Positions 18,754 to 28,393 of a stretch of DNA of 64,000 bases are shown here, piece after piece. Within the stretch, counting starts at the first letter, position 1. Each line of letters starts with the position of its first letter. Source of the stretch: a virus. The stretch covers positions 1 through 64,000 of IMG/VR virus record IMGVR_UViG_3300033153_005812, one strand, 5' to 3'. Below the pieces are notes generated by a model. It was given only the letters and a program-made list of their open reading frames with translations. It ran no database searches and was not told where the DNA came from. A program made the translations under genes and the position numbers.

Positions 18754-20745
18754 ATGATTGACATACGTGGAAATTTTCATATTATTGAAGAGCTCTCGGA
18801 GCTTCCTAATCTGCAGAATCGCAAAGAAATTTTTTGCGATGTAGAAACAAAACGAGTCTTCGATAATGATAAAGTCGGCGGTCTCTACCCATGGAAAGGA
18901 GATAAGATCTGTGGTTTTAGTGTAACTGCAGATAACATCAAAGATATTTGGTATCTCCCCGTTAGACATACGAGTCCGAATGCAAAGAATCTCCCTTTAG
19001 AACCTGCAATGAATTGGATTCGAGATATCCTACAAAGTTGTGGCGATTGGATCAATCACTTTGTAAAATTCGACGCTCTAATGTTCAGTGTTGGAGATAG
19101 CGTAGAATTTGATTGTCGCCTCATAGACACTTGTGTTTTCGCGAAAGTTTATTACAGTGATAGATTCGGCTATAGTCTAAAACCGCTCTGCCGAGACTGG
19201 TTGAATTACGATACAGGAAGTTTAGACAGAGTTACGACTTATTTAGATAGCCTGAGACCTAAATCTAAATCTTATGCAGATGTACCTATCGATCTTCTTG
19301 GTGAATACTGTTGTGATGATGTACAAATGAACCGAGAATTATATCGTTATCTACAGATAAAAATGCCAGAACAAGTGAAAGGTGTTATAGAGACAGAAAT
19401 AAAGTTGACTCCGGTTCTATTCGATATAGAGAAAAGAGGTTTGTGCGTTGATACAACCGAATGTAAAATAGCTTCTGCAAAATCTTTGAGAACAATGATA
19501 AGTTCTTCTTCAGAACTTGTCGAGTTAACTGGGCGAGAATTTGTCAATTCTAATGCTTGTATCTATGATATCTTAGTAACACAGTTCGGTCTTCCTATTT
19601 TAGCGACGATAAAGAAAAAGGACAAAGAATCCCACCAGACTTTTGACACTGGCCGTCCTACTTTCGATAAAGACTCTTTATTATTGTATCAAATTTGTCC
19701 TGAAGTTCTCAATGATCCAAAGTTGACTCGAATAGTAGAACTCATCCAAACATATCGTAGAGAATCACAGTTCAAAAGTCTATATCTCGATACGTTTTTA
19801 GAACTCAATGCAGATGGAATTATTCATCCTAACTACAATCAAGTTGTACGAACAGGAAGATTGTCTTGCAGTAAGCCGAGTTCACAGCAACAAAATAGTC
19901 GTTCGAAAGCTCTTATTCATCCTTATCCGGGTTATGGTTTTCTTTCTAAAGATTATTCGCAAATTGAATATCGCTTGATTGTCCATTATATAAAAGATGA
20001 AAAAGCGATAAAAGCATATAACGATGATCCTAATACAGACTTCCATAAATGGGTGTCTGAGTTACTAATGATAGATAGAAAATCTGGTAAGACATTGAAT
20101 TTCGGTATGGCTTATGGAGCGGGAAAGCCTCGTGTAATGAAAGGGCTCATGTCTAATGAACATATAATTGAAATTATGACAAACAAGGTCGATGAACTAA
20201 TAGAGAGTGGAAAGTTAGATCCAAACTTAAGAGGTGTGAAATTTCAAGAGTTATGTCGAACTCACGCAAACGAAAGTTATGAAAAGTATCATCTTCAAAT
20301 GCCTGGGATTAAAAGAACTTCAAAAAAGGCTGTAGAAGTTGCTTCTATGAGAGGATTTGTTTTCAATGCTTATGGTCGTCGCCGTTATTTACCTGGAAGA
20401 GCTTCCTACAAAGCATTCAATACAATCGTTCAAAGTGGGGCCGCAGATATAATGAAAGAGCGAATTATAGCTATTTCTCCTCGTTATAATTCTGAGTCAA
20501 AAAAGTGGGGTATAGAACTTGATGCTAATGTTCACGACGAGTTATTGGATTCGGTTCCTCTGGATGTTTTATATAATCCCGAATTGCATAAGTTCGCATG
20601 TGATTTGATGGAAGAGACCACAGTGAAATTTAGAGTACCTATAAAAATAGGTTTAGGGATAAGTCCAAATAATTGGAGTGAAGCTGCTGGAGATAACACG
20701 ATATGTGATGATAATGGTGAATTCATAGCGGGAAAATTCATATAG
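18754..20745 (+). CDS. polA: DNA polymerase family A with 3'-5' exonuclease
   Basis: DVET exonuclease motif, TGRLS, motif A DYSQIEYR, motif B RKSGKTLNFGMAYG, motif C VHDE. Confidence 0.95.
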   Translation: MIDIRGNFHIIEELSELPNLQNRKEIFCDVETKRVFDNDKVGGLYPWKGDKICGFSVTADNIKDIWYLPVRHTSPNAKNLPLEPAMNWIRDILQSCGDWINHFVKFDALMFSVGDSVEFDCRLIDTCVFAKVYYSDRFGYSLKPLCRDWLNYDTGSLDRVTTYLDSLRPKSKSYADVPIDLLGEYCCDDVQMNRELYRYLQIKMPEQVKGVIETEIKLTPVLFDIEKRGLCVDTTECKIASAKSLRTMISSSSELVELTGREFVNSNACIYDILVTQFGLPILATIKKKDKESHQTFDTGRPTFDKDSLLLYQICPEVLNDPKLTRIVELIQTYRRESQFKSLYLDTFLELNADGIIHPNYNQVVRTGRLSCSKPSSQQQNSRSKALIHPYPGYGFLSKDYSQIEYRLIVHYIKDEKAIKAYNDDPNTDFHKWVSELLMIDRKSGKTLNFGMAYGAGKPRVMKGLMSNEHIIEIMTNKVDELIESGKLDPNLRGVKFQELCRTHANESYEKYHLQMPGIKRTSKKAVEVASMRGFVFNAYGRRRYLPGRASYKAFNTIVQSGAADIMKERIIAISPRYNSESKKWGIELDANVHDELLDSVPLDVLYNPELHKFACDLMEETTVKFRVPIKIGLGISPNNWSEAAGDNTICDDNGEFIAGKFI

Positions 20746-20756
20746 CCTAAAAACGA

Positions 20757-20839
20757 GCTCTCAGTTCGCTCTCAGTGAGCCAAACGAGACGACTCCGGCC
20801 CTATAGTACCCCGTATCTCAGGTCAGAGCAACTGAGAGC
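20757..20839 (+). repeat. Long hairpin / second repeat family
   Basis: GCTCTCAGTT(C)GCTCT pairs with AGAGCAACTGAGAGC; 20813-20832 identical to 6722-6741; 20759-20786 matches 39868-39895 inverted (26/28). Confidence 0.8.
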
Positions 20840-20914
20840 CCTGTAAGTTATCACAGTTACTGGAGTTATGTAAAGTAGGAATTTTTCACAATTTTGTAGG
20901 ATTTTTATTTTTTC

Positions 20915-20955
20915 ATTTGCTTTGTTCTAAAAATAGGTTATACTTAATATAGTTA
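20915..20955 (+). promoter_or_regulatory. Sigma70-like promoter (TTGCTT-16-TATACT)
   Basis: ATTTGCTTTGTTCTAAAAATAGGTTATACTTAATATAGTTA. Confidence 0.75.
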
Positions 20956-20999
20956 GTGAAAATCAATATCACAAGGTTAAATTTTTAGGAGACAAAGAA

Positions 21000-21353
21000 A
21001 TGGGAAAATCGAAAAGCAAAGTTAGGGCCTCTGTGAAGAAGGCGAAGACGGTTAAAATCGCTATGAATAAAGAACTTGCGGCTTCTATCGCTGCTCTCGA
21101 GAAAGTCGTCGTGCCAACGAATCTTGTCGATTGCAGGGATCGGCTGATCGTCTCGCTTACTAAGTTGAACGATCGCATTCATACTGAGGCCAGAAAAGCT
21201 GTTAAGACCGCCGAGCGTGAAGCTGCGAAAGTCATTCGCGAAAAGGCGAAGGCCGAGCGGGCTGCGGCGAAGGCCGAGCGGAATAAAGCCAAAGCCGTAA
21301 AGCTCCAAGAGCAGATTAGAAAGCTCCAGGCTCAGGTTAGTTCGCTCAGCTAA
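21000..21353 (+). CDS. Lys/Ala-rich basic coiled-coil protein
   Basis: KAERAAAKAERNKAKA composition; AGGAG RBS. Confidence 0.75.
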   Translation: MGKSKSKVRASVKKAKTVKIAMNKELAASIAALEKVVVPTNLVDCRDRLIVSLTKLNDRIHTEARKAVKTAEREAAKVIREKAKAERAAAKAERNKAKAVKLQEQIRKLQAQVSSLS

Positions 21354-21435
21354 AAGACGGTGAGCAAGTTTATCATAGATCGTTCTATGATACTGACGAG
21401 ATAACGTAAAAATCAAATTTCTATGGAGACCAAAA

Positions 21436-21930
21436 ATGGCGAAATCAAATTCAAATGTCACAAAAGTAGGAGGAGCAGGAGCAGAGAAGTCGATCACCAC
21501 AAAGGAAATCCCGGAAAAGGCAAAAGGCCGTGTTGACTTCCCGAAGAAATCTGCGATGTATCGAGACAAGGACGGAAACGTAATAACAGCATTGAACGCA
21601 GAAGGTTTACTACTTGCCGTGCCAGCGACAATCCTCGACGGGGAGAAAGTCGTATATTCCGGCTTTGATCCTCGGAAGCATAATCCGCTTAAGAAAAGCG
21701 ATTTCGTTTCTATGGCGACATTTTTGCAATATCAAGGTTACGTCGCTCGTTCTCGTGCCGCTCGCCTTATCAAGGTCGCTGAGACCAAAGAAGCCGCAGC
21801 AAGTCGGCTTCTGAAATTCGGCGATGAGCAGACTCGCAAGAAGGCCGCAAAAATCGCCAAGATGCGTGATCAGCTCAAAGCTCTGGAAATGCAGCTCATG
21901 GAAGAGGGTATCGATGTCTCGGACATCTAA
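21436..21930 (+). CDS. Basic hypothetical protein
   Basis: GGAG RBS; followed by terminator. Confidence 0.75.
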   Translation: MAKSNSNVTKVGGAGAEKSITTKEIPEKAKGRVDFPKKSAMYRDKDGNVITALNAEGLLLAVPATILDGEKVVYSGFDPRKHNPLKKSDFVSMATFLQYQGYVARSRAARLIKVAETKEAAASRLLKFGDEQTRKKAAKIAKMRDQLKALEMQLMEEGIDVSDI

Positions 21931-21944
21931 AAGCTATACTTGGA

Positions 21945-21978
21945 AACCAGAGGGTATGGAAACCCTCTGGTTATTTTT
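21945..21978 (+). terminator. Intrinsic terminator
   Basis: AACCAGAGGGT-6-ACCCTCTGGTT then ATTTTT. Confidence 0.85.
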
Positions 21979-22013
21979 GTCGTTGTTATTGTAAAAGTAA
22001 GGTATAAAGGAGA

Positions 22014-22412
22014 ATGAGAATGTCATTGAGTGAAAAAGACCGAAAACTCAAAGATATGGCAGATATGAAAAAAATTATTAAGCATCAACAAGCTCATTTC
22101 GCTCAAGTCCTTACTCATTTCGATGAACAAATCGCTCGCATTGATGAGCAGATTGTAGAGCATGATTTAGAAATCGTAGCTTTACAAGAAAGAAAAGCTG
22201 TAGTAGCTCGGCACTTTATTGAAGCTCCAGAACAGCTTATAGTTTTGGCTCAACATCTGAGAGATGTTGAAAAGAAGGAAAGTCTTCTTAAAACCGATGG
22301 AAAAAGTAAGGTGAAAAAAGTCGCTCGAATCAAAAAACGTATCGAAAAATTACGTGAGAAGTTGAGTCGAATGGATCCCGATGGAAGAAATCAAAACAAA
22401 ACAACTCCTTGA
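22014..22412 (+). CDS. Coiled-coil hypothetical protein
   Basis: AAGGAG RBS, heptad pattern. Confidence 0.7.
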   Translation: MRMSLSEKDRKLKDMADMKKIIKHQQAHFAQVLTHFDEQIARIDEQIVEHDLEIVALQERKAVVARHFIEAPEQLIVLAQHLRDVEKKESLLKTDGKSKVKKVARIKKRIEKLREKLSRMDPDGRNQNKTTP

Positions 22413-22668
22413 ACTAATCGAGCAATGGACACGAGCTGAAATTATGGCTCGTCATGCTCCGCTCATTGGTTTAGATTTCACTAATTATGCTGAAGTTCAA
22501 ATTGAGAAAGAAAATGAGATAAGGCGATTAGTTTTTGGGACAGATAACCTAATTCAGTTAGGACTCAAGTGGAAGTTATTGAAAGATAAGAAAACTCAGA
22601 ATAAAGAAAATGCAATAAAGCAATTCCAGCGACTACAAAAAGAGTTAGCTGAGATGATGAAAACATAA
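22381..22668 (+). CDS. Hypothetical protein
   Basis: ORF in operon. Confidence 0.6.
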   Translation: MEEIKTKQLLELIEQWTRAEIMARHAPLIGLDFTNYAEVQIEKENEIRRLVFGTDNLIQLGLKWKLLKDKKTQNKENAIKQFQRLQKELAEMMKT

Positions 22669-22811
22669 GTGTTATTGTACTGATTCAATACCATCACTGT
22701 AAAAGAAAGAACTGACTTTTTCTCTCTTCTCCCGTATCGGTCGACAACCTGAGAGTAAGAAACTCTCAGGTTGTTTGGCCGGTATTACTGAAAAATTAAG
22801 AAAGGTGAAAA

Positions 22812-23882
22812 ATGGATTATGTAGATCTAAACAAGTTATGGCATGAGACACTTTTCGACGTTAATCTTCGCGGCCATATACTTAACAGCAGAGTCGGATA
22901 TTGTAAAGAGATTATAGGTTTTCAAACAACGCTAACTTATCCTCTTCATAATATCCTCTTTGCTCCAAAGCGAAAATTTTCGTTGGCCTATGCTTGTGCT
23001 GAAATGCTCTGGTATCTTTCTGGTACTGGTAGTATCAAAATGATTCAGGCTTATGCTCCACAGTATGAGAAATTTGCTGAAGATGGATGGGCCTACGGAG
23101 CATACGGACATCGATGGAATCATAATCCTGGCTTTGTAAATGCGAAAGCCTCTCTAATAGAAGGTCTTACGAGGCAAGATTGCGAAATCGACATCGAAAA
23201 TCAACTCTCTGCTTTGGTGCATCTATTGAGGGCAGATCCAAATACCCGTCAAGCTATCATGACGATGTGGGATAGCGGTGATCTTATTCATGCAATCGCA
23301 AGGGATCATAAAGACCTCCCTTGTACTCTTTCATTGATGTTTTTTGTCCGAGACAACAGACTTCATCTTGTAGCTACAATGAGATCTAACGATGCGTGGC
23401 TCGGTCTTCCGTATGATATCTTTTGCTTCACAACTCTACAAAGGATTATTGCAGCGGAGCTTGGATTAGAATTAGGAGCTTATATTCACCAAGCTGGAAG
23501 TGAGCACATCTACGAAAAGAATCAGGAGAAGATAGATGAAATCCTTAGGATAGAAAGTGAATCGAAGTGGTCCGGTGAAGGAGCGATTCTGCTATATCCT
23601 TATCCTCTAAACTGGAATCACAAACGGCGAGACTACGATTTGCAGCACAATGTTAAAGCTGCTCTTTCATTGGAAAAGGAGATTCGAAAAGCGACAATGG
23701 ATGAACATTGTTTAGCGAAAGGTATTGCAGGGAATCAAAAAGCATGGAAAGAAATTGATCCTCTTTTCAAAGATCTTGTTCTTGGTTGTGCAACGAAATG
23801 GACTCATGTTCCGAATGATTGGTTTGATAATCCCCTCTACGCAAGTTGTCAACGATATACGGAGAATCTAAATGAAGCTTGA
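22812..23882 (+). CDS. Thymidylate-synthase-family enzyme, probably dCMP hydroxymethylase/methylase
   Basis: TRQA, DLPC, MRSND, GLPYD (Asp in place of the TS Asn), GSEHIY. Confidence 0.85.
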   Translation: MDYVDLNKLWHETLFDVNLRGHILNSRVGYCKEIIGFQTTLTYPLHNILFAPKRKFSLAYACAEMLWYLSGTGSIKMIQAYAPQYEKFAEDGWAYGAYGHRWNHNPGFVNAKASLIEGLTRQDCEIDIENQLSALVHLLRADPNTRQAIMTMWDSGDLIHAIARDHKDLPCTLSLMFFVRDNRLHLVATMRSNDAWLGLPYDIFCFTTLQRIIAAELGLELGAYIHQAGSEHIYEKNQEKIDEILRIESESKWSGEGAILLYPYPLNWNHKRRDYDLQHNVKAALSLEKEIRKATMDEHCLAKGIAGNQKAWKEIDPLFKDLVLGCATKWTHVPNDWFDNPLYASCQRYTENLNEA

Positions 23883-24726
23883 TAAAATTCCATTCGGAGA
23901 ATGCACGTCTAAAGATCTCGCCGATTATATGAATGAGCGACACAGTATTTGGATGAGGAGAGATAAAGGTGAATGGAAACCATGGACAACCGATGTGATT
24001 CTCCAACAATATAAATTCACTAACGTATTTCGACAGCTCGACAAAGGTACTGTTGCTCTACGAAAAATGTTAAAGAGTCAAACAGATCCTATTCTTATTC
24101 TTTTCAATATTATTTGGTATAGATATTTTAACTGGTACAAACATGCTGAAGAGCTCGGCTTCGTCAATGATTATTCACAACTTGAAGACTTCATAATAAC
24201 CAAAGGGAGAAGATGCGATAAAATTTTTACTGGAGCTTGGATGACAACTGGAGTTTCTTGTGAAGATAAACATATAACCTATCTTCGAGCTTGTAAAGAA
24301 GCTTGGGATAAACGAGATATGCTCTATCATCTTGTTTCTTCTTCTTCTAAATTAGAAACGGTTTGCGTACTCCTCAAAGATTTATATATGGTGGGTAGAT
24401 TCTTAGCTTATGAATTAGCTTGTGATTTAAGGTTCACAAAACTTCTTGATGAAGCGACAGATATATTGACGTTCGCAAATCTTGGTCCTGGAGCTCAAAG
24501 AGGACTTCGGCGATTAGGAATGCCGCATAAAAATCAAAAAGAAGGTCTTACTTCTATGCGAAAATTATACGATGTTCTTATGGAGCATTATCTCAGCTAT
24601 TATATTGTTAACGCTTCTTGGCCGTTTGAACTGCGAGAGGTAGAACATAATCTTTGTGAGTTTGATAAATATATGCGAACAAAAAATGGAGAGGGACATC
24701 CACGAAGTAAGTTTCCTGGAGTGTAA
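23872..24726 (+). CDS. aGPT-Pplase1 / 5-hydroxymethyl-pyrimidine DNA kinase-like helical protein
   Basis: ERHSIW..R..G...PWTTDVILQQYKFTNVFRQLD, GRFLAYELACDL, GPGAQRGL, EHNLCEFDKY. Confidence 0.8.
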   Translation: MKLDKIPFGECTSKDLADYMNERHSIWMRRDKGEWKPWTTDVILQQYKFTNVFRQLDKGTVALRKMLKSQTDPILILFNIIWYRYFNWYKHAEELGFVNDYSQLEDFIITKGRRCDKIFTGAWMTTGVSCEDKHITYLRACKEAWDKRDMLYHLVSSSSKLETVCVLLKDLYMVGRFLAYELACDLRFTKLLDEATDILTFANLGPGAQRGLRRLGMPHKNQKEGLTSMRKLYDVLMEHYLSYYIVNASWPFELREVEHNLCEFDKYMRTKNGEGHPRSKFPGV

Positions 24727-24727
24727 A

Positions 24728-24904
24728 ATGGATATCGATGAAGTTAAAAAATGGTTGCAAAGTTATTTGAGGTTAGAAAATCATGGTCATGCCGGTCGTC
24801 TTTTATCTGAAGAATATAAAGAATATCGGAAAGAAGATCCAAAACCAGATTGTAATTTAATGACATGGTGCGTGAAAAAAGCATTGGAAAAATTAAATAG
24901 TTGA
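24728..24904 (+). CDS. Small hypothetical protein
   Basis: GGAG RBS then ATG 24728. Confidence 0.45.
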   Translation: MDIDEVKKWLQSYLRLENHGHAGRLLSEEYKEYRKEDPKPDCNLMTWCVKKALEKLNS

Positions 24905-24912
24905 GGTGTAAT

Positions 24913-25704
24913 ATGAACATAGGAATAATCGGTTGCGGTGTTGTTGGAACTGCTTTGAAAAATGGTTTTAGATTCTTAGAACACGAAGTGTCTATCGCAG
25001 ATCCTAAGTTTGGTACGAGCACTTTAGATGTCTGCCATACTGAAATAGTATTTATTTGTGTTCCTACAAACTGTAACTTAAATGGGAGTTGTGATCTTTC
25101 TATTGTTAAGAGAGTTCTACAACATCTCAGAGCTTATCGGTATAACGGAATCGTAGTGTTAAAATCTACTGTAGTACCGGGAACAACTGAAAAGCTATCG
25201 AAAGAATTCAATAGAGAAATAGTTTTTGTCCCAGAGTTTCTTCACGAAAGATATGCTACAGAAGATTTTATTTATCACCAAGATATATTGGTGATAGGAA
25301 CTGATGATAAAGAGTTAAGAAAGGTAGTTGCGAATATTCATAAAGACCTACCAAAGAGAGTTGTGACTTGTTCTAAAACAGAAGCAGAATTGGTTAAGTA
25401 TTTCAATAATGTTTACAACGCAACTCTGATAACTTTCGCTAATAGTTTTTACGAAGTGTGTGTTGGACTCGGTGTTAATTACGACAATGTTAAATCGATC
25501 GTTACATTGAGGGATCATATAAACGATGTGTATCTCGATTGTAATAATTCGTTAAGAGGATTTGGCGGCCCTTGTTTACCTAAAGATACGAAAGCATTAG
25601 CTTTTCTTGCAGAACAATTGAATACCGATGTTAAGTTTTTTGATATGCTTTTATCAGAAAATGTTAAGTACGAAACAACAGTGTTGAAAGGAATGCGATC
25701 ATGA
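24913..25704 (+). CDS. UDP-glucose/GDP-mannose dehydrogenase family (short form)
   Basis: GCGVVG, ICVPT, KSTVVPGT, PEFL, AELVKY, GFGGPCLPKD. Confidence 0.92.
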   Translation: MNIGIIGCGVVGTALKNGFRFLEHEVSIADPKFGTSTLDVCHTEIVFICVPTNCNLNGSCDLSIVKRVLQHLRAYRYNGIVVLKSTVVPGTTEKLSKEFNREIVFVPEFLHERYATEDFIYHQDILVIGTDDKELRKVVANIHKDLPKRVVTCSKTEAELVKYFNNVYNATLITFANSFYEVCVGLGVNYDNVKSIVTLRDHINDVYLDCNNSLRGFGGPCLPKDTKALAFLAEQLNTDVKFFDMLLSENVKYETTVLKGMRS

Positions 25705-26648
25705 ATATATTAGTAACAGGTAGTGAAGGTTCTTTGATGCAATTTGTCATTCCTCTGTTGGTTACTAAGAAATACAATGTAACTGGTATAGATATCAATG
25801 AAGGCGGTGGATCAAAAACCAAACGCAATTATGAGTTTATTAACGCAGATTGTAGAGAGATTACAGAACTCGAAGATGTTTTTCATAATAGATTTTTCGA
25901 TTATGTAATTCATAGTGCTGCTACTATTTACGGTGTTGTAGGATTTAATAAATTCGGTGCAGATATAATTTCTAATGATCTTATTTCTACTGCGAATACG
26001 CTACGATGTAGTCTTACACATGAAATAAAAAAGTTCGTCTTCATAAGTTCTTCGATAGTCTATGAGCAAGTACCGAAAAATTATAATAACATAGATCAAT
26101 TTCCAGCTCCGAAAACCTATTATGGTCTTTCAAAATTTGTTGGTGAAAAATTATGTCGAGCATATCGAGAGCAATATAATCTGCCTTATATTATATGGAG
26201 ACCGTTTAATATAATTACTCCATACGAGAAAGCTCAAGCGACACAGGGATTTAGTCATGTCTTTGCAGATTTTATTCAACAAATTGTAATTGATCGCAAA
26301 GAAACTATCGGTATTCTTGGCGATGGTAGACAAGTTAGATGCTTCACTTGGATAAAAGATGTGGCTGAAGCTATTGCAGATTTATCTTTTGGCTCTGAAC
26401 AAGGCGAATTCAATCTTGGGAATGTCGAACCTCTAACTATGACCGATTTGGCTGTATTGATTTATGTGACTGCTCAACGTTTGAACTTGATACCTAAAGA
26501 ACAAGATCTGAAATTCTATCATACACCGCCTATGGTCAACGATGTTAGATATAGAGTACCTTACATGGAAAGAACTGAAAAGGTGTTCAATTGGCGAGCA
26601 AAATTGAAGATCAAAGATTCAATTGAAAAATGTTTGAAGGAAATGTGA
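25701..26648 (+). CDS. NAD-dependent nucleotide-sugar epimerase/dehydratase/decarboxylase (extended SDR)
   Basis: ILVTGSEG, SSS..VY, YGLSK, GDGRQVRCFTWIKD. Confidence 0.9.
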   Translation: MNILVTGSEGSLMQFVIPLLVTKKYNVTGIDINEGGGSKTKRNYEFINADCREITELEDVFHNRFFDYVIHSAATIYGVVGFNKFGADIISNDLISTANTLRCSLTHEIKKFVFISSSIVYEQVPKNYNNIDQFPAPKTYYGLSKFVGEKLCRAYREQYNLPYIIWRPFNIITPYEKAQATQGFSHVFADFIQQIVIDRKETIGILGDGRQVRCFTWIKDVAEAIADLSFGSEQGEFNLGNVEPLTMTDLAVLIYVTAQRLNLIPKEQDLKFYHTPPMVNDVRYRVPYMERTEKVFNWRAKLKIKDSIEKCLKEM

Positions 26649-26651
26649 TCG

Positions 26652-27437
26652 ATGGATAATCAAAATCTAATACTCTCATTAAATGAAGCTATATCGTCTT
26701 CAAATATAAGATTAGGAGTTTTAGACTTTAGAAAATTGCAAAGTTTAGTGGGAGCAACCCCAATTCAAATGTCTGTAAAAGTTTTTTGGGGTGAAGATAT
26801 AACTGTAATTTTACCAGAATATATTTCTTGTCGCCTTTTCTTAGATGAATTTTTTGAAAAAGACTTAACAAAGTTTATCATAGAACACTTAAATTCTGGT
26901 ATGACTTTCATCGATGTAGGAGCTCATATCGGTTACTTTTCTTTATTAAGTTCAGTTTTAGTTGGAAATACAGGTCAAGTCCATTCATTCGAGCCTACGA
27001 AAGATGTGTTTCAGATTTTACAAAAGAATTGTTCAAACAAAGAAAATATCACAATGAATAGTGAAGCAGTTTTTTCGAAAGTCGAAAGACTTGTATTGAA
27101 CACCTACGGACTAAAATGGTCGGCGTTCAATTCTTTATTCGTTCCGAGAATATTAGGGATCTTATCAAAAGTGAAGTGTAAAAGAATGGAGGTTCAAACA
27201 ACTACGTTAGATCAATACTGTGATGATAAACATATTCAGCCTGATTTTATTAAAATCGATGCAGAGAAATCGGAATTGAATATTTTAATAGGAGCAGAAA
27301 AAACGCTTAAAAAAGACCATCCGATTATTTCTGTAGAAAGCGGGGATGAAGAAAATGATGCACAGATTATAGACTTTATGCGAGCCTTGAATTATTCATA
27401 TCAAAAGGTCTTAAACAGTAATTTAATTTTCGTTTGA
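26652..27437 (+). CDS. FkbM-family SAM methyltransferase
   Basis: FIDVGAHIGYFS, VHSFEP, TTLD, FIKIDAE. Confidence 0.9.
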   Translation: MDNQNLILSLNEAISSSNIRLGVLDFRKLQSLVGATPIQMSVKVFWGEDITVILPEYISCRLFLDEFFEKDLTKFIIEHLNSGMTFIDVGAHIGYFSLLSSVLVGNTGQVHSFEPTKDVFQILQKNCSNKENITMNSEAVFSKVERLVLNTYGLKWSAFNSLFVPRILGILSKVKCKRMEVQTTTLDQYCDDKHIQPDFIKIDAEKSELNILIGAEKTLKKDHPIISVESGDEENDAQIIDFMRALNYSYQKVLNSNLIFV

Positions 27438-27476
27438 ACTAATATAAGTTCTGCATAAAAATAAGGATTTCTGATT

Positions 27477-28316
27477 ATGAAAATTATTATTCCTACAAAA
27501 TCAAGAACAGATCTTCAATTTACTGCTAATCAACTTATGAGAGCAAATATACCTGATCAATACGAATGCTTTCTGGTAGTTCCTCGAAACGAAAAGGACA
27601 ACTACGCAAAAAATTCTATAAGCGGTTTTCGAACTATCTCTGTAGATTGTGAGGGAATTAACAATGTTCGTCAATATATCATGGAACATTGTAAGGTCGA
27701 AGATAATAAGATACTAATGATAGATGATGATTTGAGATTCTTTTATCGACCTTGCATAGAAGATGTTTCATTGTTCCAAGCTACTGGGGATCAAGTACTT
27801 GAAATGATTCAATGGTTAGAAAGCCAACTTGATAAATTCGCTCATTGTAGTATCCCTGCTCGGACACAAAATTTTCAATTGACCCGTCGTATAGAACGAG
27901 CAGAAAGTTTCGAACTACAAACAGTTCGCCCTTATCGCCTTTACGGTTTTCGCCAAGACATAGTGTTAGGAGAAGAGTTAGATTTTCATGCTGGATTGCG
28001 AATAAATACGATGGATGATTTCCACATGACTCTTAACCTTTTAGAACTCGGTTATCCTAACATCATATCTTGTAGATGGGCACACGATCAATGCACTTCT
28101 AATTCTCGTGGTGGGTGTTCTACTTATCGTGATTTGGAATTATTAAGAGTGTGTGCTTTGAATCTTAAAGAAAACCATCCTCAAGTTGTTAAGATTGTGC
28201 ACAAAGAAACAAGCTCTTCTTGGGGAGGGACACCTAATAATCCAGTAACAAGAACAGACGTTAGAATACAATGGCAAAAGGCTTTAGGAATAAGAGCAAC
28301 TGAGAGCAAACTATAA
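27477..28316 (+). CDS. GT-A glycosyltransferase, TET/JBP-associated (TAGT/GREB1-like) type
   Basis: IIIPTKSR, MIDDDLRF, DDFHMTL..LELGYPN, SRGGCSTYR, VRIQWQKA. Confidence 0.75.
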   Translation: MKIIIPTKSRTDLQFTANQLMRANIPDQYECFLVVPRNEKDNYAKNSISGFRTISVDCEGINNVRQYIMEHCKVEDNKILMIDDDLRFFYRPCIEDVSLFQATGDQVLEMIQWLESQLDKFAHCSIPARTQNFQLTRRIERAESFELQTVRPYRLYGFRQDIVLGEELDFHAGLRINTMDDFHMTLNLLELGYPNIISCRWAHDQCTSNSRGGCSTYRDLELLRVCALNLKENHPQVVKIVHKETSSSWGGTPNNPVTRTDVRIQWQKALGIRATESKL

Positions 28317-28322
28317 CACTCA

Positions 28323-28391
28323 CCTATAGGGTCGGCCTACTCCCGCAGAGGCTCTGAGCGATCGCTGGGGAAGCCGATATTAGGCTGTAAA
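28323..28391 (-). repeat. Dispersed structured repeat, copy C
   Basis: 28339-28380 identical to the cores of copies A and B. Confidence 0.95.
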
Positions 28392-28393
28392 CT

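Noticed and set aside
20985-21569. Minus-strand ORFs in the track (e.g. 20985-21569, 49207-49752, 61316-61654)
   Set aside because: They are shadows of well-supported + strand genes or repeats, with no RBS or motifs.
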